This document shows, piece by piece, positions 49,144 through 61,059 of a stretch of DNA of 64,000 bases. Within the stretch, counting starts at the first letter, position 1, and every line of letters starts with the position of its first letter. Made by a program: the position numbers and the translations under genes. The notes under the pieces are model-generated. The model searched no databases, was not told the DNA's origin, and was given only the letters and a program-made list of their open reading frames with translations. The stretch lies in contig NC_067399.1 in assembly GCF_016432865.1 (NCBI RefSeq), positions 244,404,001 through 244,468,000 of the forward strand, in the 5' to 3' direction. Source of the stretch: Antechinus flavipes. Taxonomy: Eukaryota.

Positions 49144-49902
49144 TAAACATCTCATAGATTTTAGATCACAGCAGAGAGGGGCACACCATCCAAAGCTTTG
49201 TAAACCCCTAATATTTTGAGAGATCTTGGAAAACTTGACTCATTATCACAGAAGCTCCTTCTGACTTCTTATCCTAATGCTCTGGTAAAAGTCATTTTGC
49301 TGTATAGTAGTAAGGGAACAGTGTTCCATGGAATGGCATGAATTGAGGTTCGGTTCTGGCCTCTCTTAAAAAAAAAAAAAAAAAAAAAAAAGGCCCAAGG
49401 AGTTGGGTCACCGCAAGAGGAGATTTAAAATCATTTACCAAATCGGCCAGGGAGAACTGGATTCTAGAGTGGCACAGCTGGTTTAAGGCATTTTAGAAGT
49501 AAATGAGAATTTATAATCCTTCCTGAGGTCTGGATTCCATCAGCCTAAACTCATTAGGCAGGAGGGTACAGGTGCAGTTAAATAAAGGATTGTTCTGCTT
49601 TTCCTTAATGCCACAGATTTGCATCTCTCATTCAAAATAAAAGTCTTTTAAAAGCATATGCGGACATTGTTCATCTATTGGCAGCACTTAAAACGGGAGA
49701 GATCACTTGATAGAATCTCTAAATGCTTTGTTTCTGTAAATGGAATGTGCACACATTTGCACTAATGTGGAATAGACACTTCAGGGGTAGGTTAGTCTGA
49801 AACAGTATCTTTGTTGTGAAGTCTTGAATTCATTCTGTTTTCAAATTTTTCCAAACTATGACATATCTAACTACCCTAACTTGGATTTCTTCTTTTGCAT
49901 TT

Positions 49903-49946
<44 letters not shown>

Positions 49947-49947
49947 G
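49903..49947. repeat. (TTG)15 microsatellite
   Basis: Read directly from the sequence. Confidence 0.97.
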
Positions 49948-50747
49948 AGGAAATCTCAGTTAAGAAAAACAAACAAAAAAGTTATCCTAAATTTATAAGC
50001 TATAAAGTATATTTTTTAAAAATAGGAGCATTTTATCACAAGCTGCAGTTCTGAGATACAAACTGAATTTCTAAAGGCTTCTCAATTTTGTTAAAAAAAA
50101 AAAATAGGGCAATTTGACATTCATCCTATTGAGCTACTTATTTTAAATCTCCATCTATAAGATGAGGTTATTAGAACAAAATCACATCTTTGTGATCCTC
50201 TGTACATTTCTATCATGGGTGCACTGAACATGGGCACTTCCTTAAAGAAAAATGCTATAGGCAAGAAGGGCCCCTGTTGAATTGAATATAATAGTAAATT
50301 AATTTTAATTGGGCAAGTTACTTAACTAATACAAAATAACCCCTTGTCACATTTTTATAATAATTAACTTTTTCAAATTACACAGGAGGGAAAGTTCACC
50401 AGTAATTAATCTAACAAATATTTACTGAATATCTACTTAATACAATATTATGCCAGGCACTTCTGTTTGTAGGGGAAGAAGTAGGCTAATAGAATCTCCA
50501 ATTCATAAATTATAAAACTGGGCTTAATAATGCCACCTATTGCTGGTTTATAATTCACAAACTCTCATTTTAGCATATTAAAAGACCCATTCAAATTTTT
50601 ACCCTCCAAACTCCAAGGCAGAACTGGATTACCACTTATTGGAAATGATAAGAGTAGTTGAGAAAAGATTATATTTTCTGTTCAGTTCTAAACTGGGCTA
50701 AATGACCTTTGGAACCTTCCCACTTCTGGGAATTTAATTGCTTAAGA

Positions 50748-50925
50748 CAGTAGTGTCAAACTCAAATTGAAATGAATACATGTAGGCCATATATTAACTT
50801 AGAATACCACAAATGAACATTATTTGTGTTTTATCGTATTTTGATTTCTTTTGTTAAACATTACACAATTACATTCCAATCTTCTGGGCCATACAATGAC
50901 TTTTGCTAAGAGTTTGCCACCTCTG
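50748..50925. mobile_element. hAT MITE
   Basis: TIRs CAGTAGTGTCAAACTC / GAGTTTGCCACCTCTG; 8-bp TSD-like flanks GCTTAAGA / GCTTAAAG. Confidence 0.72.
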
Positions 50926-51010
50926 GCTTAAAGTATTTAATACTGTGTCAAATCTAGAAGCATTCATTAAGTATCTACCATATGCCAGATATTGTGCTTA
51001 GCACTTGTGA

Positions 51011-51032
51011 CACACACACACACACACACACA
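51011..51032. repeat. (CA)11 microsatellite
   Basis: Read directly from the sequence. Confidence 0.95.
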
Positions 51033-51168
51033 AAGTCTAAAGCTATTTGCTTTCAAGGGGCTCACGATCTAACGATGGACACAACATGAAAATAACTTTG
51101 TACCAACAAGATACAGACAGGAAAAGCAGGAAATGAAACAATTCTTCCCTCAGTCAAGATACTTTGAA

Positions 51169-51336
51169 NNNNNNNNNNNNNNNNNNNNNNNNNNNNNNNN
51201 NNNNNNNNNNNNNNNNNNNNNNNNNNNNNNNNNNNNNNNNNNNNNNNNNNNNNNNNNNNNNNNNNNNNNNNNNNNNNNNNNNNNNNNNNNNNNNNNNNNN
51301 NNNNNNNNNNNNNNNNNNNNNNNNNNNNNNNNNNNN
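51169..51336. other. Assembly gap (N run)
   Basis: Run of N bases. Confidence 0.99.
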
Positions 51337-51656
51337 AGGGAGAAAGGGAAGAAGGAAAGGGAGAGAGGGAGAGGGAATGGGAAAGAGGAGAGAGGGAAGG
51401 GGAGAGAGGGGGAAAGAGTAAAGAAGAGAGTGAGAGAGGGCGAGGAACAGAGGGGGAGAGGGAGAGGGACAAAGGGGGAGAAGGAGAGGGACAGAAGGAG
51501 AGGGAGAGAGGAGAAGCGGGAGAGAGAGAAAGGGAAAGAAAGAGGGAGGGAGAGATGGGAGGGAGGGAAGGGAGAGAGAAGGGAGCAAGGGAAGGGAGAG
51601 AGAAGGGAGCAAGGGAAGGGAGAGAGAAGGGAGCAAGGGAAGGGAGAGAAAGAAGG
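51337..51656. repeat. GA-rich polypurine tract with a 24-bp tandem unit (3.5 copies)
   Basis: GGGAAGGGAGAGAGAAGGGAGCAA at 51565, 51589 and 51613, plus a partial copy; flanked by gaps on both sides. Confidence 0.95.
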
Positions 51657-51784
51657 NNNNNNNNNNNNNNNNNNNNNNNNNNNNNNNNNNNNNNNNNNNN
51701 NNNNNNNNNNNNNNNNNNNNNNNNNNNNNNNNNNNNNNNNNNNNNNNNNNNNNNNNNNNNNNNNNNNNNNNNNNNNNNNNNNNN
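51657..51784. other. Assembly gap (N run)
   Basis: Run of N bases. Confidence 0.99.
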
Positions 51785-52079
51785 ATTAATATAATGACTT
51801 TTTTTAATATCTCTGTATTATACTCAGAATTGATAGAACAAATAAGGGAATACTCACTGTCTTGTTTGTGAGGATACAATGAAACTGGAAAGGGAGACTA
51901 GGGTTTCTGCTTCTTGCAAATGAAGCAACATTGAATCCATAGCCAAGGACTTAATTTAAATTCCAAACCTGATACTTAACCTAAGTTGTGACCTTAGTTT
52001 CTTCATCTGTAAAATGAGAGGGTTGACTAAATAAATTGTAAGGTCCCTTTTCATTCTATGAAAATGAGAAATCTATGAT

Positions 52080-52286
52080 CCCAATATGAAGGCATGTTTA
52101 AAATGATTGAACAAAATGATTATACCTGTATAACCTATATCAGATTGCTTACTATCTTGGGGAGGAAGGAAGTAAAAAAGAAAGGGAGACAAAATTTGGA
52201 ATTCAAAATCTTATAAAAATAAATGCTGAAAACTTTTGTTACATGTAATTGGAAAAAAATAAAATACTTGAAAAGCAAAACCAAAA
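52080..52286 (+). mobile_element. L1 3' end inserted at a MIR-like tail, with 11-bp TSD
   Basis: ataacctatatcagattgctt...aaatttggaattcaaaat...gtaattggaaaaaaataaaat. AAATCTATGAT flanks both sides (52069-52079 and 52287-52297). Confidence 0.75.
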
Positions 52287-54484
52287 AAATCTATGATTCT
52301 ATGTCACAAACAGTGGCACTCAACTTTTTTCTGATTGATAATTCTTCATCTATTTGCTTTTCAGAAAGTAGCCATGCAGTCTTTGAATTTATATACCATA
52401 AGTTTAAGTTAAGGTGAGTTAAAATTAATGTTATTTTGAAACTTTCACAACCACGCTCCCTCCCAATTTTTCATAAACGGATTTACTAATCAACAAACAT
52501 TTATCAGACACCTAACATGTGCTAGATACTATACTTGGTGTTGGGAATACACAGATAAATAGATGAAATTACAGCAGCTCTCAAGGAACTGACATTCTAG
52601 GTAGTGTAATGGTTAGAGTGATGGACTTATAGTTTGAATCTTGCCTGACAAATGGACTAGGTTTGTGACCCAATTTCTCTCAATTTCCTCATCTGTAAAA
52701 TGGGGACAATACTAGCTCCTACTTAACAGGCTTGTTGTGAAGCTCAAATTCATAGCAATCTTGGAATAATATTACCAGAGAACATATTAAAATGTATTGG
52801 GAGGAATGTTGTAAATGTCAATTCATTATAATAAACCATTATTATATTATCCAAAATCAGAATTTGATTAGGCAAAAGTGAGATGATGGGTTGGGGATTG
52901 ATGGAGATTTGGTTTTTTTTGGGGGGGAATGAGAATAATGGTATGAATATTAATCAGGGAAGATAACAGATGTCTGAACCAGAAAGCTGAGGAGATATAG
53001 TAGAAGACCCTAATTAGTCAAGGAGTCACAAGAAAACTCCAAAGTTGAAGTAAAGCCTCCAAAAACGAACTGATGTCATAGGTGAGATGAATTCTGTCTT
53101 ATTTGATTTTCCCCATGTTGCTTCATAATATCTTCAGTTTCAAAAATTCCATAAGGAAAAGGTCAAGAATCAAGGATCATTCTCACCGATCTATAGCAAC
53201 CCCCAATCTATAGGTTATCCTTCCCCATTCTACCTGTTAGCATCCTGATAGCTGAGCTATCAGGATAAATCCAATAAAATATCCAATAACCTCCAGCTGG
53301 ACCTGATGATCAACCTCTCAACATAGGAATTCAAATAATAGTTATTTTGGGGAGTCCTGATATGTCTCAACCAAGCTGATGAGTAATGACTGAAGGAAGC
53401 ATTTGATGAGAAATAAAAATGAGGGGGGCTCCCACTGGGTTGAGGGAAGGGAGAGAGGGAGAGAAGGAGAAGGGAGGGAGGGAGAGAGGGAAAATTTGTA
53501 TGAATGAGTGAAAAGTGATGCATTTGCAATCAGATAATTTGTGTGGAGTCCCAATTCTTCTAACTGCCAGCTGTTTGACTATGGGAAAGTTACTCTCCTA
53601 ATCAATGCTTCAGATTCCCCATCTATAAAACAAGGAGATTGGACTCTGTTTCTGTGAAAGAACAGTCCCATAACCTTATTTTTGCCCATGAACATGACAG
53701 TAAAGCAGATAGGCACTGATCTTCCTAGAAACTACCCTCAGCTTACATGTTTTGTGATTATCCCCCCCCCCTTAAGGTTACCCTTGATGGTCCTCTTAAC
53801 CTAATTTCATGAGGAGATGAGTGTTAGAAAAGAGGGGCCACCCAGTGTGATTTGCCCTGGGTCCTGCACTTCCTAGGGATAGTCCTGAACACAGTGACTG
53901 GAAACCAGATGTTTCATCTAGAGCTGATTAAGCCCCAAAGAGTAACTTTGGTGGCCTGGAAAAGGGAACCCACGGCTGGCTCATCTTTGTACTCAGTGGT
54001 GTAAGCCCCCATGAGTGCCTAGGGCTGAAAGTCTAACAATTTTCTTTCATCCAGATCTTCAAATTTTCAATATGCTTTTGCCTAAAATGTGAAAAGTGAA
54101 AGAATCATTGATTTCGACCTTGAAAGGACTTCAGAGACCAGCTAGTCCACAAACTACACATTTTACGGATAAAGAAATTGAGGTCCAAGGAAATTAAAAA
54201 ATTTCTTACTGAAAGTCAAACTGAGAGTAATAATTAGAGGTGATATTTGATCCCAAGTCTTCTTACTTAACATTTTGCAAATTCTTCTCTTTGCACTATT
54301 CTGTTTTTTTTGGAAGAACATTAGAAAAGAAGAAATATATATATACACAGAAAAGTTGAAAATACGATAGTGATACTCCATATTTAAGTTGAAGACATGA
54401 TCCATGCTTACATAGATTTCCCATTATTGTTAGAGAGAACATAATAGAAAGAATAGATCTATGCACACACATACACACAGACAG

Positions 54485-54718
54485 AAGTAGCTAAGTGGCC
54501 AGGCCTGGAGTCAAGAAAGACTCTTCTTCATGAGTTCAAATCCAGTCTCAGTGACTTACTAGCTATGTGACCATAGGAAAGTCATTTAAACTTGTTTGCC
54601 TCAGTTTCCTCATCTGTAAAATGAACTAGAAAAGGAAGCAGCAAATCAATTCAGCATCTTTGCCAAGAAAATCCTCAGTAGGGTCACAAAGAGTTGAAAA
54701 TGAGCAGTAACAACAAAA
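54485..54718 (+). mobile_element. MAR1-type CORE SINE
   Basis: gagttcaaatccagtctcag...gcctcagtttcctcatctgtaaaatgaactagaaaaggaagc...catctttgccaagaaaatcc...ggtcacaaagagttg. Confidence 0.75.
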
Positions 54719-55444
54719 ACATACAAATATGTGAAAAATTAAAGACATGCTTTTATGGATCTCTCTATTTTTCTATTGTGTTCTTTCTCCACAATATTGG
54801 GAGATCATGAAAGTAGATATTATATCTTTAACTTCTCTGTATAGTATCCCTCACATAATCTATATCATAGTGAATATACAACTATTTACAGAATCACAGT
54901 AATCTATCCAACCCATGCATGAAAAAATAATTCCTAAAACAAGATATTTATCTATTTACTTTTCAGAAACTAGCCAATAATTGGTCCTCCAGATTCTATT
55001 GAAGACTGTGATAATGTCCCTACTACATCCAGTGGCAATTAATTAAATTTTGTTATAACTAATTTATTAGGAGTTTTCGCTGATAGCAAACCTAATTTTT
55101 CTTTTACTTTTTGGTCCTTCAGCAATTCTACCTTTTGTTTCTGGTTAAAACTAATGATATTCTTTTTGAAGCTTCATTCTTATCTGTTATTTAACCATCT
55201 AATCCAAGTTTTATATCATCTACAAATTTAATAATTTGTATGTATTTATCCAAGCACTGGTAATAATTAAATATTAAATAATACATCTAGTCATTCAATG
55301 AATATGTGTCTATTATGTGCTAAGCACTAGAGATACAAAAGAGGCAAAAGAGGGGATATAGAAAGAAGCAAAAGACACTTTGCTCTCAAGTTCTCAGTTA
55401 TAGACTCTAGAACCCTACTTCAAAGTTGACAGGAAACCAAGAAA

Positions 55445-55695
55445 AGCAGCTAGATATGACTATACTACAGAACTTAGAATCAGGAAGTCCTGAATTCAAT
55501 TGCTGCCTTTTTTTTTTTAACTGTTTGACCCCTTGTAAATGCCTTAACCTCTCTCAGCCTCAGTTTCCTCATCTATAAAATGGGGATAATAATAGCACCT
55601 ACCTCACAAGATGGCTGTAAAAGCTAGATGACATAACATACATAAAGAGTTTTCTAAGTTTTAAAAAACTGTAGAAATGCTGGCTATTATTATTA
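55445..55695 (+). mobile_element. MIR/CORE SINE, near full length
   Basis: aaccttaacctctctcagcctcagtttcctcatctataaaatggggataataatagcacctacctcac-like CORE segment (55541-55610), ending gctggctattattatt. Confidence 0.78.
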
Positions 55696-55719
55696 TAAAG
55701 TCATGGTAGTTCTTTTGAT

Positions 55720-56030
55720 CATCATTTGTTGTTTATCCAGGATCAGTGCTATCATGGGGTAATATCATATATTTAAATAAGGCAGAGTTGCACAAAGTCA
55801 TCAGCCTCTCTCATCCTTCCAGAGTCATCCAAGTCCAGTGGATGAAATGCACTGGATGATCTTGGTTTCTTCACAGCACCTACTTCAGCAGTCTTCATGG
55901 TTATTGGAACAAATTGCTCTTAAACATCTTTTCCACCAGGGTAAATCTTGACATGCTTGGAGTAGACATTCTCTTACATTTCCAGCAGGTTTGAGGTCAT
56001 TCATTACCCTCGATCTGGTTTAATCCATAT
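55720..56030 (-). mobile_element. RTE-type 3' end fragment
   Basis: ggcagagttgcacaaagtcatcagcctctc...tccagagtcatccaagtccagtgg...gtcttcatggttattggaacaaattg. Confidence 0.65.
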
Positions 56031-56189
56031 GCCAAAATGGTTTTACTGGAGTATGGCTGTTACATGTGCATATGCTTCAGCTTTTTGGAGCCAAAAGTGT
56101 CAATTGGAGGATAGGTGGATACCAAAAGTGGATAAAGCAGCCTTGAAAAGATTTAGTAAGTCCCCTCACCAGAGGTTCCAGTCCTCCTT

Positions 56190-56460
56190 AATTTCCCATC
56201 ATTGCTTACTTATCTATCTAGATGTTTATTATCTTTTTAATAATCCATCCTAGATTCTATCAAAATTATTGAAGGCTGTAGACTATTCCTCTCCCCTTTA
56301 ATTAAAAATTAAGATCTTTGCCCTTCTCCAGTCATTATGGTACCTCTATTATTTGACTGAATGTTTAAATATCATCTAGAATAATGCAACAATAAAATCC
56401 ACTAGTTCTTTCAGTATTCAAGGGAGCAGTTCATTGGGAACAGGGGACTCATCTTTGTCA
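56190..56460 (-). mobile_element. L3/CR1 fragment; further pieces at about 54880-55270
   Basis: Similar to the 36990-37270 L3 segment (ttcccatcattgct...aaattattgaaggctgtagactatt...aaaattaagatctttgcccttctccagtc). Confidence 0.6.
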
Positions 56461-56546
56461 CCTCATTTCATCAGCATATGTGGTTTGTCTCCCTTAAAGA
56501 TAAATGTGTGAGTTTTCTTCATTTTAGTATTTATCGATGTGTCTTG

Positions 56547-56778
56547 GGCTGCTAGATAAATGGAGTGCCAGGGCCTGGAGTTACACTCATCTTAGTGAGT
56601 TCAAATTCTTCCTCAAACATTTACTAGCTGTGTAACCCGGGGCAAGTCATTTAACCCTGTTTGCCTCAGTTCTCTCATCTGTAAAATGAGCTGAAAAAGG
56701 AAATGGCAATCAAGAAAGAAAACCCCAAATAGGGTCACAATGAATCAGACACAAGTGAAACATTCTCTCAACAACAGC
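56547..56778 (+). mobile_element. MAR1-type CORE SINE
   Basis: gggcaagtcatttaaccctgtttgcctcagttctctcatctgtaaaatgagctgaaaaaggaaatggcaa...aagaaaaccccaaatagggtcac. Confidence 0.75.
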
Positions 56779-56859
56779 AATAAAGAATTTAAGATTTTAA
56801 GCTGAAGCTGATCTTAAGGTTGTATATCTTTCAAACTTAAGCAAACTGCCTTGCGTAAT

Positions 56860-57075
56860 AATAATAATAATAACTTGGATTTACATAAGACTTTAAAGTT
56901 TGTAAAATACTTTACAAATATTATCTCATTTGATTCTTATAACAGTCCTGGGAGTTAGGTGCTATTATTATGCTCATTCTACAGATGAGAAAACTGAGGC
57001 AAACAGGGTAAAGTAACTTGCCCAGAGTCACACAGCTAGTAAATGTTTGAGGAAGGATTTGAACTTGGATCTTGC
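56860..57075 (-). mobile_element. MIR/CORE SINE, near full length
   Basis: ctttacaaatattatctcatttgattcttataacagtcctgggagttaggtgctattatt...cagatgagaaaactgaggc. Confidence 0.78.
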
Positions 57076-57629
57076 AGCCTTTTTTGTGCCTTTATTTAAG
57101 TTACATCCCCTCCCTCTTGCAGGACTTTTCTCTATTTTTCAAATATTTTAAATATTTCATCAAATTCTCCTTTGATGAAATCTTCCTCAATTCTCTATTT
57201 GGCAATAATTTTCTCTTTTTTGAAGTTTTACTAACACTTTGTTTTATATCTTTTTTGTGGGGTACTGAGGGCCGGGAACTTTTCTGTAATTTATCAAGCA
57301 ACAAAATTGATTAAACTACTATGTGTCACACACTGTGCTAGGGCCTGGGAATATAAAGACAAAAATGAATTAGCCTAACCTCAAGGAATGTTTATTCTAC
57401 TGGGGAAGAGTTATCTAAGAAACTGAGAGGTTAAGTGATTTGTTCATGGTCACAGAACTAATATGTGTCAGGGACAAAGAACTAGGTCTTCCTGCCACCT
57501 CTACCCACACTATAATGCTGCTTCAACTATCACATAATATTGTGCATTATAATGAAATATGCAAACAGTAGTTCCTTAACAAATGTTTGTTGACATACTG
57601 AATTAATTGAATGCTCTCTTTTTAGAACT

Positions 57630-58370
57630 TTTAAATTTTTTTTATTAACAAGTATTTATTTTCTTTCCTTCCCACATTCTCCCTCTCCATTGGAAAAATA
57701 AAAACAAAACATCATAAATATTCATATTTAAGCAAAATAAATTCTCACACTGACTGTGTCCACAACTCTCATTCTGCATTTCAAGTCTATCACTCATTTT
57801 TCAGGAATTGGTAGCAAGCTTCATCATCAATACTGGTTCACAATCATTGATCAGAGTTTTTAAATATTCAAGCATCATTTGTCATCATTATACTGCTATT
57901 GCTTCAGTCATTTTCCTGGTTTTGTTCACTTCATATTGTATCAGTTCATACAAGTGTCCCCAAATTTCTCTGAAACCATACATTTCATCATTTCTAATAG
58001 CACACTAGCATTCTATTATCTCCACAATTCATTCTATTGGTCATTTGGCTATTCTAACAGGCCAGTTGATCAACTGGTTAATAAATATCTCTTTAACTTC
58101 CCATTGTTTGACACTACAGCCACTATATTTTTTATACACAAGCATTCCTTTTTTTCTTTCTTTAATTTCTTTCAGGTATGTCTGACATAATAGATTCACT
58201 GAGTCAAAAGTTACGTATAGGTTACTATCTTCTGGAGCATTGTTCCCAACTGAAAAAATATTTTCCAGAATGCCTAATCTAATTAATGCACCTGGTTTTT
58301 CTACAGCCCCTCCAACATTTGTTATTTTACCTTTCTTTACTGATTAGTAAATGTTTTTGTTCAATCACAC
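57630..58370 (-). mobile_element. Older marsupial L1 3' region
   Basis: gttcacttcatattgtatcagttcatacaagtgtccccaaatttctctgaa...catttctaatagcacactagcattctatt is a typical L1 3' segment in reverse. Confidence 0.7.
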
Positions 58371-58468
58371 TGCTTTAGTCAGGGATTACACCTATGGCCA
58401 ACAGAGGAATTTATCTTTGGTAAATCCTTAAAAATGAACACTGGAATCAAGTTACTCTTACATAAATC

Positions 58469-58611
58469 AGGCTTTTTTCTGAGGCATTTGGGGTTAAGTG
58501 ATTTGCCCAGGATCACACAGCTAGCAAGTGTTAAGTGTCTGAACTCACATTTGAACTCAGATCCTCTTGACTTCAGATCTGGCGCTTTATCCACTGCACT
58601 ATCTAGCTGCC
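58469..58611 (-). mobile_element. WSINE1-type CORE SINE, full length, perfect 14-bp TSD
   Basis: Reverse complement gggcagctagatagtgcagtggataaagcgcc...gagttcaaat...cacttaacacttgctagctgtgtgatcctgggcaaatcacttaaccccaaatgcctcag. TSD CTCTTACATAAATC at 58455-58468 and 58612-58625. Confidence 0.88.
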
Positions 58612-59489
58612 CTCTTACATAAATCTTAAGATAGTTTTACACATAATCTATATGTAAAATATTTTAGGAAAGTGACACAAAATTCAGCCAAAAGGCTGTT
58701 TACTATCCGGCTAATCCATCAATATGTTTATGCCCTCCCCCCCAAAAAAAAAATTTTTTTAAACAGCTTGCAAGTGTAGACATAACCTCATTTAAGCTGC
58801 CTTACATTCTTTAGGCTAATACAGAATAAAAACAGTTTTGAATCACAAGAGCGAACTTTCTAGTAGAACAAGATCTAGGAGAATGACTCTAGTTTGCCTT
58901 GTATCTAACTTCCAGCACAAGTAACCTTTCACTTTTATCTAGGACAATCAGATTGAAGAACTTTCCTCACAATACAAATACATTGAGAGGCAGCACAGTG
59001 GAATGCAAAGAGCTGTCATCTTAGATTCAGAAAATCTAACTTCAATTCCCACCTCAGATACAATGGAATTTAGACACACTAGCTCTGACATATGCAGCCT
59101 TATTTCTTTAAGTAACTTTCTTTGTCTGTAAAATGGGGATAATATCTATGCCACATTACCTTTCAAAGTATTTGTGAATAAAGTACTTGCATATGAGATG
59201 TTATTAGGTGTCATAATTCAATAAATATACTTATGACCTATGGCTTGGAGGTTAGAGAATATAACCCATTTGGGTTTCCTGATAACGGCTTAAAAATTAG
59301 GCAACTGAGGGTGGAAACTCTACTGGCTATAATAAGAGATTGGATTTGGGAGTCTTTCAGTGAGCCCTACAAGGATGATTAAAATAATAATACAAACTGA
59401 TACTTATGTAGTACTTTAATGCTTGTGAAATATTTTATATATTTGTTCTTTAAAACAACCCTGTGAGGCAGCAACAAAATTATGTGATA

Positions 59490-59785
59490 TTCAACTGGGA
59501 TGGACTTAGTTTTTTTCAACAATGAGATAATTCAAGCCAATTCCAATAGACTTTTTTTCTCTCATGTTTTCTCCCCTGATTTTTTTTGGTATAGTATGAT
59601 GAATATGGAAATATGTTTAGTAGAACTACATGTGTTTAATCTATATCAGGTTATTTTTGCTCTTTTGGGGATGCAGGAGGGAGAGAGAGAGGGAGAAAAA
59701 TTTGGAATACAAAGGTTTGCAAAGATGAATGATGAAAATTATCTTTGCTTGTATTTGGAAAAATAAAATAGTATTAAAAATTTAA
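59490..59785 (+). mobile_element. L1 3' end with an internal deletion, inserted in a MIR-like element
   Basis: atggacttag...caacaatgagataattcaagccaattccaatagactt is joined directly to ttttctctcatg...aatttggaatacaaaggtttgcaaagatgaatg. Confidence 0.75.
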
Positions 59786-59964
59786 AAACTCTGTGAAGAA
59801 AGTATTATTATTAAATCCATTTTACAGGTGAAGAAACTAAGACTAAGAGATTCGATGACTTGTCCCAAGTCACATGGGAAGTATCTGAGGCCAGATTTGA
59901 AGTCAGATCTTCCTGACTTCCAACTATAACATTACTATCCACTGTATCACCCATTTAGATCATT

Positions 59965-60158
59965 GTTGCTATTCAATCAATTCAGCAATGTCCATGACCT
60001 CATTTGAGATTTTCTTAGCAAAGATACTAGAGTGGTTTGTCATTTCCTCTTCAGCTCATTTTACAGAGGAGGAAACTGAGGCAGAGTTAAGTGACTTGCC
60101 CAGGGTCACACATTACTAAATTTGAGGCTGGATTTGAACTCGGGTCTTCCTGACTCCA
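59965..60158 (-). mobile_element. MAR1-type CORE SINE
   Basis: gattttcttagcaaagatactagagtggtttgtcatttcctcttcagctcattttacagaggaggaaactgaggcagagttaagtgacttgcccagggtcacac. Confidence 0.78.
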
Positions 60159-61059
60159 TGTCTACATCCTACAGTGACTTTAGTATGGAAGAGACCCCAG
60201 AGTTTTCTCTAGGTCAACACTCATTTTACAGGAAATCTGAGGCCCCCCAAAAAATAAGTGGTTTGTTCAAAATCACACAGCAAATGAGAAAGTCAGAAAT
60301 CCCCTCACTCCAAATCCAGAATCTCTTTGTCATGTTATACTTCAGATGATGCCATTACTACTTGTTCCATTGTCTCAGCCCAAAATACTGAAACTTTACT
60401 TCAATGTTAACTATGCAAATACTCCAGTCAGGAACGCTGTTTTTGCCTACAAATGTTTCAAAGACTGAAAAATCGCCATCCTTTTCATGAAACAAAACAT
60501 TTGTTCTGGTGCAGTTAGGTCAACCCAATGAAATTTGGCACAAATGGGCTTGTTGTTACCCCCTACAAACTTTCTTATTGGGCCAGGAAGTCTGGAGGCA
60601 CTTCAGAGGTTTCCTGGTGAAAATGTTAACAAAACCAGTCGTGCAGATAGGCTGGTCTTAGAGTTGACAAAAATGTTTGCTTGGCAAAAACTTACAAGCA
60701 TTGCCTATTACACCATTTAAATGATTGGGAGTGGGGCAGAGGTACTGGGGCTTCCTATTTTGTTTTGATTTTTTAAGATATGTGTATTTCTGCTCTATTT
60801 TGCTTGCCAAGGGAAAAACCGGTGGCTCAGTCTGGTCCTGACTTATCTTAGAATTCAATTGCCACTTCTGCACCAAAAGAAACTCGGAGCTTCTCTCTGC
60901 TTCTCTTCCTCTCTCTTTCTCTCTCTGTCTCTCTCTCGCTAACATAGGAAATCTGCTATTCCAGTGATCCCCTGGCACCCTTCCATATCAAGACATTTGC
61001 AAAGGTGAGTTAGGAGAAACAAAGGCTGTATGATCACCCAGAGAAGAAGATATACTTGA

